Shown here: positions 22,672 through 32,000 of the stretch, piece after piece
Position numbering within the stretch: position 1 is the stretch's first letter
How the letters are laid out: every line of letters starts with the position of its first letter
From: Isorropodon fossajaponicum endosymbiont JTNG4
Lineage (GTDB): Bacteria > Pseudomonadota > Gammaproteobacteria > PS1 > Pseudothioglobaceae
Length of the DNA stretch: 32,000 bases
Direction of reading: 5' to 3'
Assembly: GCF_016592615.1 (NCBI RefSeq)
Contig: NZ_AP013043.1
Coordinates: forward strand, 780,001 to 812,000
The notes under the pieces: model-generated
Seen by the model: only the letters and a program-made list of their open reading frames with translations
Told to the model about the DNA's origin: nothing
Databases searched by the model: none
Made by a program: the position numbers and the translations under genes

Positions 22672-23508
22672 TTAATTAGAAAATATCTTATCTAAATCAC
22701 TCTCATCAAAAAATAAGTGGGCATTGCATATTTCATTATGAATGGCAATTTCACCATGTTCTTTAAGCAAATCTCTAGCGTCTTTTTCACCTAAATTGAA
22801 GATAATTTTTTCAAATTTTTCTCTATCTTGCTGGCATTCGTATTCAATTGTGTCTTTTTCAAACAATGTCACCACTTCTTCATGAAACAGCTTATGCAAT
22901 AGAGATTGCGCAGGTAGTTCACATAATTCTGCATGGGTAATGGTGTTTGCTAATAACAATATTCTATCCCAGTCTTGTTGACTATTTTGCTTGCTATCTG
23001 GCATTTTTTGAACCAACATGGCTGATAAATTATCTTGATTTGATAAAATCCAAATCTTGGATGCCAATTGATCTGACTGAGAAAAATAATCCTCAAATGT
23101 TTGTATCAATCCTTTTGAATTAATAGACACTAATGACTGAAAATTACGCTTAGTTTGTGCATTATATAAGGTGGCAACGATTTTTCCTTTGCCTAAAATT
23201 CGACCAAAGTTATCATGCTCATCAATAACGCCACTCACTTTAACCATACCGCGTATCTTCAAATCATCGCTCACCTCAACCAGCAGCAAACTAATTGCAC
23301 CACCCCCTTGAAGTTGCATGGTAATTTTGCCTTTGTGCTTCATACCATTTGCCAATATGATTGCCAGTGCACTCAATTCACCAAATAGTTGCTGAACCAC
23401 TTTAGAATAACCACGACTCTCAATCATCTGCTGCCAAGGCCTACTGATTGATAAATGCTGACCGCAGATGTCTAACTCTTTGAATAAAAATTTTCTAATA
23501 CTGTTCAT
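22672..23508 (-). CDS. hslO: Hsp33-family chaperone with a degenerate zinc/redox-switch motif
   Basis: From ATG 23508 the product is MNSIRKFLFKELDICGQHLSI...MQLQGGGAISLLLVEV...EDYFSQSDQL...LLHKLFHEE...EHGEIAIHNEICNAHLFF. It is colinear with E. coli HslO (LHRYLFENFAVRGELV...VQLQGDGPMNLAVI...EDYFMRSEQL...VLWRLYHEE...EDGEIDMHCDYCGNHYLF). The track's 24 extra N-terminal codons are probably not translated. Confidence 0.85.
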   Translation of the reverse strand: MNSIRKFLFKELDICGQHLSISRPWQQMIESRGYSKVVQQLFGELSALAIILANGMKHKGKITMQLQGGGAISLLLVEVSDDLKIRGMVKVSGVIDEHDNFGRILGKGKIVATLYNAQTKRNFQSLVSINSKGLIQTFEDYFSQSDQLASKIWILSNQDNLSAMLVQKMPDSKQNSQQDWDRILLLANTITHAELCELPAQSLLHKLFHEEVVTLFEKDTIEYECQQDREKFEKIIFNLGEKDARDLLKEHGEIAIHNEICNAHLFFDESDLDKIFSN

Positions 23509-23804
23509 AAAAGATATTTTAGTTAAAATAAAAATTATGCACAACACGATTGAGAGAAAAAAATTTATTAAAAATGACAATCAATTGTTACTTGATGCTT
23601 TGGTAATTACCTATCTTGCCAAAATAAGCCTTAAAATCAACACTGGATAAGAAAACATTTCGGTGGCTATAGCCTACCCAATCATTGGTGGCAGGCTTTA
23701 TAACAAAACTAAGAAAGTGCATGCAACTCCAAACAATTTCACTTGAATTTATTTACCTATTAAATATAAAACGTTCAAAATTGAATTAAAAGGAAATGAA
23801 AGAC

Positions 23805-23834
23805 TTGAATTTAAAAGCAATAGCCTTATATAAT
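23805..23834 (+). promoter_or_regulatory. Candidate sigma70 promoter for lemA
   Basis: TTGAAT (23805-23810), an 18-nt spacer, then TATAAT (23829-23834). It lies 36 nt upstream of the lemA ATG, which has an AGGAG Shine-Dalgarno at about 23859. This is a sequence match only, and the AT-rich background makes chance matches likely. Confidence 0.3.
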
Positions 23835-23870
23835 TAACATCGATATTGATTAACTTTTAGGAGATTTGAG

Positions 23871-24479
23871 ATGGAATTTTTAACACAAAACTGGCTGCTA
23901 ATTACAATTGTGGTTGTTTTACTTATTTGGATTGTCAGCATTTATAACAACTTGGTTTCTTACAAAACTCAGTATCAAAATGGCTTTGAGCAAATTTCAG
24001 TACAACTTAAGCGACGCTTAGACTTGATTGGCAATTTGGTTGATATTGCTAAAAAATACATGGAACATGAAAGAGAGACGTTAACTGCTGTTACTGAAGC
24101 TAGAGCAGGACTGACACAAGCCAACAAAGTGGCACAAAAAAATCCAGGCGAGGCAAGTGCCATGGCAAATTTAGCCAGTTCTCAGATAGCATTGGACAGT
24201 GCAATGGGTGGTTTTAACTTAAAAATGGAAGCCTATCCTGATTTAAAAGCAAGCGAAAACATGATGCAACTAAGTGAGGAAATGACCACCACAGAAAATC
24301 GCATTGCCAGTGCTCGACAGGGGTATAACGACTTAGTTCAAAAGTTTAATGAGTACAAAAAATCATTTCCAAATGTATTGTTTGCTGGTCTGTTTGGCTT
24401 TGGTGTGGATGCACAAAATTTAGAATTTGGCGAGAGCATGGAACAATTAAACCAAGCGCCTAAAGACTTATTTGCTTAA
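23871..24479 (+). CDS. lemA: LemA family membrane protein
   Basis: The 202-aa ORF has an N-terminal TM followed by YN.LV.......N....I.VQLKRR.DLI.NLV...K.Y..HE.ETL..VTEAR...........A...L...L......EAYPDLKA......L..E...TEN.IA..R..YN..V..FN. This is the LemA signature as I recall it. Confidence 0.85.
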   Translation: MEFLTQNWLLITIVVVLLIWIVSIYNNLVSYKTQYQNGFEQISVQLKRRLDLIGNLVDIAKKYMEHERETLTAVTEARAGLTQANKVAQKNPGEASAMANLASSQIALDSAMGGFNLKMEAYPDLKASENMMQLSEEMTTTENRIASARQGYNDLVQKFNEYKKSFPNVLFAGLFGFGVDAQNLEFGESMEQLNQAPKDLFA

Positions 24480-24630
24480 AGGGTGTATCAAGGAAACCCT
24501 AACACAATTTATACCAATGGCAGACTTCGTACTGAAATACATAAAACAGTGCTTTTTTTCATCCCTCAAAGGGGTACTAAAAGAGTACATTCCCTAAATT
24601 ACATTGGGATTTCTGGGGGTATCGTTAACA

Positions 24631-25647
24631 ATGGATTTTAGGGAGCATCAAGACAAGGCCAAAAAGAACACGCTAATTATTTGGTTTTTATATCTTATTT
24701 TATTACTAATTTCGTCTACACTAATTGGCTACACTTTGTTTGTTGGATTCAATTTAACACAGTTTTATCAGCCTGAATATCAACAATACAGCTTTGGTGA
24801 AAAGTTCATTGCTGCTAATCAAATCGTCTTTCAAAATCAAGAGCAGTTGTTTGGTTTTTTAGGATTTTCACTGGTGGCATTATTGGCAATGCTGAGTGCC
24901 ACTGCATTTGGTTTTTTTCAAAAATCAAATGGACATAAAGTCGCACTTGCCTTTGGTGGTAAACTAATTAATGATGAAGACGAGTTGTCAATTGAGAAAA
25001 AACAAGCACTTAATATAGTCGCTGAACAAGCTTTGGCGGCTAACATTCCTGCGCCTGCCTTATACATCATTCCAGATAATGCTATTAACGCCTTTGCTGC
25101 AGGGAAAACTACTCAAGAGGCGATTGTTGCCATTACTCAAGGTTCAATGGTAAGTTTTAATCGCACTCAATTATCTGGTGTTATTGCTCATGAAATTGGA
25201 CATATTGTCAACCATGACATCAAACTTAATATCCAAATCAGCGCCTTTGTGTTTGGTTTTACTGCACTATTTTTCCTCGCCAGGATGATATTTTACCAAG
25301 CCGCTTATAATCGCCGTATGGATGGTCGAGCAAAATTAGTATTATTCGCAATCGCTGCTATCATTGCATTAATTGGGGTCATGACGGTTTGGTTTGGGCG
25401 TATTTTACAAGCAGCAATGTCGCGCCAGCGCGAATACTTGGCTGATGCTTCTGCTGTTCAATTTACTCGTTATCCTAATGGCTTGGTTGAGGCATTTGAG
25501 ATTATGCAAAATGGTGGTAAAACCAAACTTGAGAATCCTAATGCCAAAGAGTATGCCCATGCCATGTTGTTTGGTATGGGTGGTGAGTTATTTGCCACAC
25601 ATCCGCCACTAGATAAGCGCATTAAAAAAATTCAAAATAGACTCTAA
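24631..25647 (+). CDS. M48-family (HtpX/Ste24-like) integral membrane zinc metallopeptidase
   Basis: HEIGH at ..GVIAHEIGHIVNHD.., a downstream E..ADA (REYLADASAVQFT) and a terminal THPPLDKRI are flanked by four hydrophobic spans. I prefer ATG 24631 (MDFREHQ) over the track's TTG 24604. The stop overlaps the map start (TAATG). Confidence 0.85.
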   Translation: MDFREHQDKAKKNTLIIWFLYLILLLISSTLIGYTLFVGFNLTQFYQPEYQQYSFGEKFIAANQIVFQNQEQLFGFLGFSLVALLAMLSATAFGFFQKSNGHKVALAFGGKLINDEDELSIEKKQALNIVAEQALAANIPAPALYIIPDNAINAFAAGKTTQEAIVAITQGSMVSFNRTQLSGVIAHEIGHIVNHDIKLNIQISAFVFGFTALFFLARMIFYQAAYNRRMDGRAKLVLFAIAAIIALIGVMTVWFGRILQAAMSRQREYLADASAVQFTRYPNGLVEAFEIMQNGGKTKLENPNAKEYAHAMLFGMGGELFATHPPLDKRIKKIQNRL

Positions 25648-26423
25648 TGTCAATAGCCATTAAATCAAAAGATGATATTGAAAAAATGCGTGTGGCTGGG
25701 CACTTAGCAGCTGATGTCATTGATATGATATCACCTCATGTTAAGGCTGGCATTAGTACTGATGAGTTAGACAAAATTTGCCATGATTATATTGTTAATC
25801 AGCAAGGTGCGATTGCTGCACCACTTAATTATCACGGCTTTCCAAAATCTATTTGCACCAGTGTTAACCATGTGGTTTGCCACGGCATTCCTGGAGACAG
25901 GAGGCTTAAAAAAGGGGACATAGTTAACATTGATATCACCATTATTAAAGATGGTTTTCATGGCGATACTTCAAAAATGTTCATCATTGGTAAATCTAGT
26001 GTCAAAGCACAACGCATTTGTAGAATTGCACAAGAATGTTTATATATCGGCATTAAACAAGTAAAGCCTGGTGTTCATTTGGGTGAAATTGGCAAGGCAA
26101 TTGGCACTCATGCAATTAAAAATAATTGTGCTGTGGTGCGTGATTATTGTGGACATGGCATTGGGACTGAGTTTCACGCCGAACCTCAAGTGGTTCATTA
26201 TGATGATGGAAAATCAGACATTAGCCCAATTCTTGAAGCAGGCATAACTTTTACAATTGAGCCTATGATTAATCTAGGTGGATTTGAAGTTGTCACTTCT
26301 AAAGTCGATAACTGGACAGTAACTACAAAAGACCGCGCGCTTTCTGCACAATGGGAGCACACTATTTTAGTCACGAAAAATGGATGCGAAATCTTAACAC
26401 TCAGAGATGAAGAGTCGGTATAA
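25647..26423 (+). CDS. map: Methionine aminopeptidase, type I
   Basis: The 258-aa ORF has the motifs ..GYHGFPKSICTSVN.VVCHGIP....LK.GDIVNIDIT.I.DG.HGDTS.MF..G...........L........KPG..L.....AI.......N..VVRDYCGHGIG..FH..P.V.HY.......L..GM.FTIEPM.N.G......DGWT..T.D...SAQ.EHT..VT..G.EILT. Confidence 0.95.
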   Translation: MSIAIKSKDDIEKMRVAGHLAADVIDMISPHVKAGISTDELDKICHDYIVNQQGAIAAPLNYHGFPKSICTSVNHVVCHGIPGDRRLKKGDIVNIDITIIKDGFHGDTSKMFIIGKSSVKAQRICRIAQECLYIGIKQVKPGVHLGEIGKAIGTHAIKNNCAVVRDYCGHGIGTEFHAEPQVVHYDDGKSDISPILEAGITFTIEPMINLGGFEVVTSKVDNWTVTTKDRALSAQWEHTILVTKNGCEILTLRDEESV

Positions 26424-26479
26424 AAATAGTGCGATGCTTATGCTAAAATAGCCTTTTTTATCGCTATTATTTTGAACCG

Positions 26480-27091
26480 TTGAAACGCTTACGAAATTAT
26501 TTTATCTCTGGTCTATTATTCTGGATACCTTTAGGGTTGAGTATTGTTGTTGTTAAATTCTTTTTAGAATTAGTCAATAACATTGTTCCCACCCAATACC
26601 TACCAGAAGCTTTATTTGATTTAGACAAGACCATTCCTGGGTCTGGCATTGTTTGGGTTATTTTAATCATGCTGATAACGGGCGCTTTGGTTAGTAACTT
26701 TATTGGTCGTAAACTTATCCAACTTTGGGAAAAACTACTCAATAAAATTCCAGGCTTTAGAGGTATTTATAGCGCACTTAAACAACTTTCAGATACCGTG
26801 CTTAGCCCTTCTGATGAGAGTTTCAAAAAAGCATTATTGGTTGAATATCCGCGCAAAGGTATGTGGACCATTGCCTTTCAAACAGGCAACTATGGTGGTG
26901 AGGTAGCACAAAAAATTGGGCAAGAAATTATTAATATTTATGTACCCACCACACCTAACCCTACTTCTGGCTTTTTCATTATGCTCGCAAAAGAGGATGT
27001 GATTGAGCTTGACATGAATGTTGATGAAGCATTCAAACTAATTATTTCTACTGGCGTGGTAACGCCAACACAAACAAAGGACAAACTATGA
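26480..27091 (+). CDS. DUF502-family membrane protein
   Basis: The 203-aa ORF (TTG start) has two N-terminal TM spans ([36 protein letters not shown]) and then ..IP..R.IYS..KQ......S....FK...LVEYPR.G.W...F.T........PT.PNPTSGF......., matching my recall of DUF502. It overlaps aspS by 4 nt. Confidence 0.7.
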   Translation: MKRLRNYFISGLLFWIPLGLSIVVVKFFLELVNNIVPTQYLPEALFDLDKTIPGSGIVWVILIMLITGALVSNFIGRKLIQLWEKLLNKIPGFRGIYSALKQLSDTVLSPSDESFKKALLVEYPRKGMWTIAFQTGNYGGEVAQKIGQEIINIYVPTTPNPTSGFFIMLAKEDVIELDMNVDEAFKLIISTGVVTPTQTKDKL

Positions 27092-28839
27092 GAACACATT
27101 ATTGTGGCGAACTAAACAAAGACAATATAGACCAAACAGTAGAAATTTGTGGCTGGGTTAATCGCAGGCGTGATCATGGGGGTGTTATCTTTTTAGACAT
27201 GCGTGACAAACGCGGTATTGCTCAAGTGGTTATTAATCCTGACAATACAGATTTCTCTTTAGCTAAAACTATTCGTAACGAATTTGTATTAAAAATTACA
27301 GGGATAGTGATTGCCAGAGGTGAAGGTTTAACAAATCCAAAACTAAGCACTGGTGAAATTGAAATTAAAACACAAAATATTGAAATTCTTAACACCTCCA
27401 AACCCACGCCATTCCAAATTGATGCAACTGATACCTCAGAAGAAGTCCGGCTTAAATATAGATATTTAGACTTACGTAGTGATGCCATGCAAAATCGCTT
27501 GCGTTTACGTTCTCGCGTTACTCGTTACATGCGTGAATTTATGGATGAGCATGATTTTTTAGATATCGAAACCCCATTTTTAACCAAGGCTACCCCAGAA
27601 GGGGCTCGTGATTATTTAGTACCTTCGCGCACACATCCAGGTGAGTTCTTTGCCTTGCCACAATCGCCACAATTATTCAAACAACTTTTAATGATGTCAG
27701 GATTTGAGCGTTATTATCAAATTGTTAAGTGCTTTAGAGATGAAGACTTACGTGCTGATCGCCAACCTGAATTCACTCAACTTGATGTTGAAACTTCATT
27801 TATGAGTGAAAATGAAATCATGGCAATGATGGAAAAAATGACTAGAGGCTTGTTTAAATCAGTCATTAACGTTGATTTAGGTGATAATTTTCCCACCATT
27901 ACCTACGTAGATGCCATGGAAAAATACGGGCTAGACCGCCCAGATATGCGTATTTCAATGCAAATAGTCAGCATGGACAAGCTAATGCAAGATGTTGATT
28001 TTAAAGTATTTTCAGGTCCTGCTAACGATGATAACTCTCGTGTTGCTGCTTTAAAAGTACCAGGTGGTGCTAGTATTAGTCGTAAAAATATTGATAAATA
28101 CACAAAATACGTGAGCATTTATGGCGCAAAAGGTTTGGCTTATATCAAACTTAATGAGGACGGCCCAACCTCCCCTATTTTAAAATTCTTAGGCGCTGAA
28201 GTAACCGCTAAAGTTATCGAAATGACCGATGCAAAAACAGGGGATATCATTTTCTTTGGCGCTGATAAAAGCAAAATTGTTAATGAAGCTTTGGGTAATT
28301 TACGCGAACAACTTGCTAAAGATTTAGACTTATTTGACAAACAATGGGTAGCCGTGTGGGTGGTTGATTTTCCAATGTTTGAAGCGAGTGACGACGGCTC
28401 ATTAAATGCAATTCATCACCCATTTACCGCACCCAGTGTTGATGCTAAAATCCTAGAACAAACTGCCACAACCGCCCTATCCAAAGCCTATGATTTAGTC
28501 ATTAATGGATCTGAAGTAGGTGGTGGTTCTATTCGCATTCATCAAGTTGACATGCAAAAAACCGTCCTAAAACTACTAGGCATCTCCGACCAAGAGGCAC
28601 AAGATAAATTTGGCTTTTTACTGAATGCACTAGAATATGGCTGTCCACCTCATGGTGGCATGGCGTTTGGTCTTGACCGCTTGGTAATGATTATGACAGG
28701 TGCGGATTCTATTCGTGATGTGATTGCCTTTCCTAAAACTCAAACTGCCGCTTGCCTTTTAACCAATGCACCTACCAGCGTGCCAAGAAAGTTATTGCGT
28801 GAATTAAGCGTTAAGGTTAGCCTGCCAGAAAAAGACTAA
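27088..28839 (+). CDS. aspS: Aspartate--tRNA ligase
   Basis: MRTHYCGEL...[21 protein letters not shown]; class II motifs FLDIETP.L....[12 protein letters not shown]...[40 protein letters not shown] and GGGSIRIH...Q......LG........FGFLL.AL.YG.PPHGG.A.GLDR. The ORF is 583 aa. Confidence 0.96.
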   Translation: MRTHYCGELNKDNIDQTVEICGWVNRRRDHGGVIFLDMRDKRGIAQVVINPDNTDFSLAKTIRNEFVLKITGIVIARGEGLTNPKLSTGEIEIKTQNIEILNTSKPTPFQIDATDTSEEVRLKYRYLDLRSDAMQNRLRLRSRVTRYMREFMDEHDFLDIETPFLTKATPEGARDYLVPSRTHPGEFFALPQSPQLFKQLLMMSGFERYYQIVKCFRDEDLRADRQPEFTQLDVETSFMSENEIMAMMEKMTRGLFKSVINVDLGDNFPTITYVDAMEKYGLDRPDMRISMQIVSMDKLMQDVDFKVFSGPANDDNSRVAALKVPGGASISRKNIDKYTKYVSIYGAKGLAYIKLNEDGPTSPILKFLGAEVTAKVIEMTDAKTGDIIFFGADKSKIVNEALGNLREQLAKDLDLFDKQWVAVWVVDFPMFEASDDGSLNAIHHPFTAPSVDAKILEQTATTALSKAYDLVINGSEVGGGSIRIHQVDMQKTVLKLLGISDQEAQDKFGFLLNALEYGCPPHGGMAFGLDRLVMIMTGADSIRDVIAFPKTQTAACLLTNAPTSVPRKLLRELSVKVSLPEKD

Positions 28840-28845
28840 TCATTC

Positions 28846-29796
28846 GTGTTGTCAACTCAAGAACAAATTAAGGCTGAATTAAAAGCTCATAATGCCGTTT
28901 TAGTTGCGCACTATTATGTAGATGCTAAATTGCAAACTTTGGCAGAAGCAACGGGTGGTATCGTGTCTGACTCATTAGAAATGGCACGCTTTGGTCAAAA
29001 CTGTGATGCAGATACTATTATTGTTGCAGGGGTTAAATTTATGGGGGAAACTGCCAAAATTCTCTCACCTGAAAAAAGAGTATTAGTCCTAGACACTCAT
29101 GCAACTTGCTCGCTTGATGAAGATTGCCCAATTGATCAATTCTCAGCATTTTGTGACCAGCACCCTGATAGAGTTGTGGTAGTTTATGCAAACACCTCAG
29201 CACAAGTTAAAGCACGTGCTGATTGGGTTGTTACCTCAGGTAGTGCACTTAATGTCGTCAAACACCTTAAAGACAATGGCAAAAAAATCTTATGGGCACC
29301 TGATAAGCACCTAGGGCACTACGTGCAAACCCAAACAAATGCTGATATGCTCTTGTGGCAAGGTGCTTGTGTGGTGCATGAACGTTTTAAAGCAGATGCA
29401 CTAAAAGTCTTAAAAGTATTACACCCTGAGGCTGCTGTTTTAGTTCATCCAGAATCGCCACAAGAAGTGGTTGCTTTGGCAGATGTAGTCGGTTCAACCA
29501 CTGCACTGATTAATGCAGTCAAAAATAGAAAAGAACAAACTTTTATCATTGCAACTGATAATGGCATTTTTCATAAAATGCATGAAATTGCACCCAATAA
29601 AAAATTAATAGAAGCCCCCACTATGGGTGAAGGTGCAGATTGTGAGTCGTGTGCACATTGTGAGTGGATGGCAATGAACACACTGGAAAATTGTTTGAGT
29701 ACCTTAAAAACAGGTAATAACGAAATATTTATTAATACCGACATTCGCAAAAAAGCAAAAAATGCGACTCAAAAATTACTTGACTTTACCACATAA
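28846..29796 (+). CDS. nadA: Quinolinate synthase A
   Basis: LVAHYYVD...[18 protein letters not shown]......[20 protein letters not shown]......ATCSLD..CP...[29 protein letters not shown]....[24 protein letters not shown]......HPESP......AD.VGST..LI......ATD.GI..KM....P.K.L.EAPT.GEGA.C.SCAHC.WMAMN is colinear with E. coli NadA. It has a GTG start. Confidence 0.94.
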   Translation: MLSTQEQIKAELKAHNAVLVAHYYVDAKLQTLAEATGGIVSDSLEMARFGQNCDADTIIVAGVKFMGETAKILSPEKRVLVLDTHATCSLDEDCPIDQFSAFCDQHPDRVVVVYANTSAQVKARADWVVTSGSALNVVKHLKDNGKKILWAPDKHLGHYVQTQTNADMLLWQGACVVHERFKADALKVLKVLHPEAAVLVHPESPQEVVALADVVGSTTALINAVKNRKEQTFIIATDNGIFHKMHEIAPNKKLIEAPTMGEGADCESCAHCEWMAMNTLENCLSTLKTGNNEIFINTDIRKKAKNATQKLLDFTT

Positions 29797-29833
29797 AAGG
29801 TAAAATTTATACCCACACTAACGGAGCATCATT

Positions 29834-30574
29834 ATGGCAGGACATAGCAAATGGCAAAATATTCAACACCGCAAAGGTGCACAAGATGCCAAGCGTGGCA
29901 AAATATTCACCAAGCTGATTAAAGAAATCGTCATCGCTGCCAAAATAGGTGGTGGTGTAATTGAAAACAACCCCTCTCTTAGAATGGTAATTGACAAAGC
30001 CCTGGCAGCAAACATGAAGCGCGACACCATTGAAAATGCCGTCAAACGTGGCAGTGGTGATCTTGATGGAGATAATTATGAAGAAATCCGTTATGAAGGC
30101 TATGGCTTAGGCGGTACTGCTATTATGGTTGATTGTTTGAGTGATAATCGTAATCGCACAGTATCTGATGTACGCCACGCTTTTTCAAAACACGGCGGTA
30201 ATTTAGGTACAGATGGCTCAGTATCTTATCTGTTCACCAAACAAGGCTTTATTAGCTTTGAGGCGGGTGATGAGGATCAAATCATGGAGGTCGCACTTGA
30301 TGCGGGTGCGCAAGACATTATCATCAACAATGATGGCTCTATTGATGTAATCACCACGCCTGAGGATTTTTTCATAGTTAAAGATGCACTCACAAGCGCA
30401 GAACTTAAGCCAAGCCACGCTGAAGTAACAATGGAACCTGCCAATCGTGTTGAACTTAATTTGGGTGATGCAGAAAAATTCATGCAACTCATTGACCGCT
30501 TAGAAGATTTGGATGACACCCAAGAGGTCTATCACAATGCTGATATTTCTGATGAGGTAATGGCGCAATTATGA
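29834..30574 (+). CDS. yebC: YebC/PmpR-family DNA-binding transcriptional regulator
   Basis: [38 protein letters not shown]....NP.LR..I.KA...NM..D.I..A.KRG....D...[21 protein letters not shown]...VR..F.K.GGNLG..GSV. This is the diagnostic family N-terminus. Confidence 0.94.
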   Translation: MAGHSKWQNIQHRKGAQDAKRGKIFTKLIKEIVIAAKIGGGVIENNPSLRMVIDKALAANMKRDTIENAVKRGSGDLDGDNYEEIRYEGYGLGGTAIMVDCLSDNRNRTVSDVRHAFSKHGGNLGTDGSVSYLFTKQGFISFEAGDEDQIMEVALDAGAQDIIINNDGSIDVITTPEDFFIVKDALTSAELKPSHAEVTMEPANRVELNLGDAEKFMQLIDRLEDLDDTQEVYHNADISDEVMAQL

Positions 30575-32000
30575 TTCATATTCACCGAGGCATTAGTGCC
30601 CTTGAAGCCTTTAAAACTAAGGATTTAAAATTAAAAATATCTAAAATACAACCAGCCCTTAAGCTTTTGGGCGCTGAATTCATTCACTTTGTAGATTTAC
30701 ACAATACACTTGATAATAAACAAGTTGACCATTTAAATAAATTACTATCTTATACAAATAACCTAGTTGTCAATAATGCAAAATCAATCATTATTGTTAT
30801 ACCAAGGCTAGGAACAATATCCCCTTGGTCTTCGAAAGCTACTGATATTGTATATTTGTGTGGTATTGATAAAATTAAACGTATTGAGCGTAGCATTGTT
30901 TATCATTTTAACGGTGAAATTACTAACAAACCTCAGGTGCTATCTTGCATCATGGACAAAATGACTGAGTCAGAACTTGGCTCAATTGATGATGCGCATT
31001 TAATTTTTGACAACTTTGAGCCTCAACCACTAACAAATGTTGATATTTTAGCTGAGGGAAAATCTGCGCTAGAACGCACTAATGCAGAATTGGGTTTGGC
31101 ATTATCGAGTGTGGAAATTGACTATTTAGTGGCTAGTTTTACCGAGTTAAAGCGTAATCCTACAGATATTGAATTGATGATGTTTGCACAAGCAAACTCA
31201 GAACATTGCCGACATAAAATCTTTAATGCCGATTGGACGATTGATGGTGAACACCAAGCAAAAAGCTTATTTTCTATGATTCGTAATACTTATCATCAGC
31301 ATCCAGAAGGGTTGTTAAGTGTTTATTCAGACAATTGTGCAGTGATGGAAGGTTATCAGGGTGAGCGTTTTTATGCAGACACCAAGGGTAAATACACCAC
31401 TTCAAAAGAGCACCGAGCGATTTTAATGAAAGTTGAAACCCACAACCACCCTACTGCCATTGCACCTCACCCGGGGGCAGCGACAGGCTCTGGTGGGGAA
31501 ATTCGTGATGAGGGTGCAACGGGTCAAGGCTCTAAGCCTAAAGTAGGTTTGTGTGGATTTAGTGTTTCTAATTTAAACATTAACAATGCCCAGCAACCTT
31601 GGGAGGTTGATTATGGCAAGCCTAATCAAATTAAATCGGCACTTGATATTATGCTTGAAGGGCCAATTGGAGCAGCTAGTTTTAATAATGAATTTGGTCG
31701 TCCAAACACCTTGGGCTACTTTAGAACGTTTGAGCAAAAAATGCCAAATGGCGACGTACGCGGCTATCACAAACCGATTATGTTGGCAGGTGGTTTGGGA
31801 CACATTCAAGAACAACATATTAAAAAAGGGGATATTCCAGTAGGTAGTAAGATTATCGTTTTAGGTGGCCCGGCAATGTTAATCGGCTTGGGTGGTGGTG
31901 CGGCATCAAGCATTAAAAGTGGTGAGCAAAGCGAAGATTTAGATTTTGCTTCAGTGCAACGTGCCAATCCTGAAATGCAAAGGCGTGCTCAAGAGGTGAT
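30571..32000 (+). CDS. purL: Phosphoribosylformylglycinamidine synthase, single-chain large form; 3' end beyond the window
   Basis: The ATG at 30571 overlaps the yebC stop (ATGA). Translation gives ..[16 protein letters not shown]...LGLALS..EIDYL...[31 protein letters not shown]......SLF.MIRNT......LSVY.DN.AV.EG....RF........Y........[44 protein letters not shown]......PWE...[23 protein letters not shown]...GYFRT........[12 protein letters not shown]. It is absent from the ORF track because it is open at the right edge. Confidence 0.95.
   Translation, partial: MIHIHRGISALEAFKTKDLKLKISKIQPALKLLGAEFIHFVDLHNTLDNKQVDHLNKLLSYTNNLVVNNAKSIIIVIPRLGTISPWSSKATDIVYLCGIDKIKRIERSIVYHFNGEITNKPQVLSCIMDKMTESELGSIDDAHLIFDNFEPQPLTNVDILAEGKSALERTNAELGLALSSVEIDYLVASFTELKRNPTDIELMMFAQANSEHCRHKIFNADWTIDGEHQAKSLFSMIRNTYHQHPEGLLSVYSDNCAVMEGYQGERFYADTKGKYTTSKEHRAILMKVETHNHPTAIAPHPGAATGSGGEIRDEGATGQGSKPKVGLCGFSVSNLNINNAQQPWEVDYGKPNQIKSALDIMLEGPIGAASFNNEFGRPNTLGYFRTFEQKMPNGDVRGYHKPIMLAGGLGHIQEQHIKKGDIPVGSKIIVLGGPAMLIGLGGGAASSIKSGEQSEDLDFASVQRANPEMQRRAQEV

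Noticed and set aside
31573-31843. ORFs 31573-31818 (-) and 31586-31843 (+)
   Set aside because: Both lie inside the purL reading frame, which the track does not list because it is open-ended. They are alternative-frame artefacts.

Overview
This is an AT-rich, gammaproteobacterial-looking chromosomal segment. It resembles a compact, possibly host-associated or SUP05-like genome, but that lineage call is a low-confidence inference. Most of the window is conserved housekeeping genes: selD, a dimeric dUTPase, ilvD, proB-obg, waaA, thiC, hemB, acs, rpoZ, dnaQ, hslO, lemA plus an M48 peptidase, map, a DUF502 gene, aspS, nadA, yebC and purL. There is also a tRNA-Pro/Arg/His cluster. I saw no rRNA, CRISPR array or prophage. 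The unusual content is mobile DNA and gene decay. An IS30-family element has perfect 27-bp inverted repeats but a transposase broken into four frames. Two copies of one IS3-family (IS911-like) element lie 11,379 bp apart in direct orientation; one is full length and one is truncated. Between ilvD and proB (about 4.7-8.9 kb) lies a small accessory islet. It holds the C-terminal tip of an RHS/YD-repeat polymorphic toxin with an unrecognised ~125-aa C-terminal domain, followed by a small 3-TM candidate immunity gene. The islet is flanked by the IS30 and by the truncated IS3, which is fused directly to the toxin fragment. At least six other genes look decayed: ubiD (three frameshifts), pxpA, pxpB, an lpxL 5' stub, a DnaQ-like exonuclease split by IS3, and both IS transposases. 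Several of the frameshifts sit in short homopolymer runs, so assembly error must be excluded before calling them pseudogenes. The best candidate for something new is the orphan RHS toxin-tip/immunity pair, but this copy appears inactivated. All calls come from by-eye translation and motif recall, not database searches.
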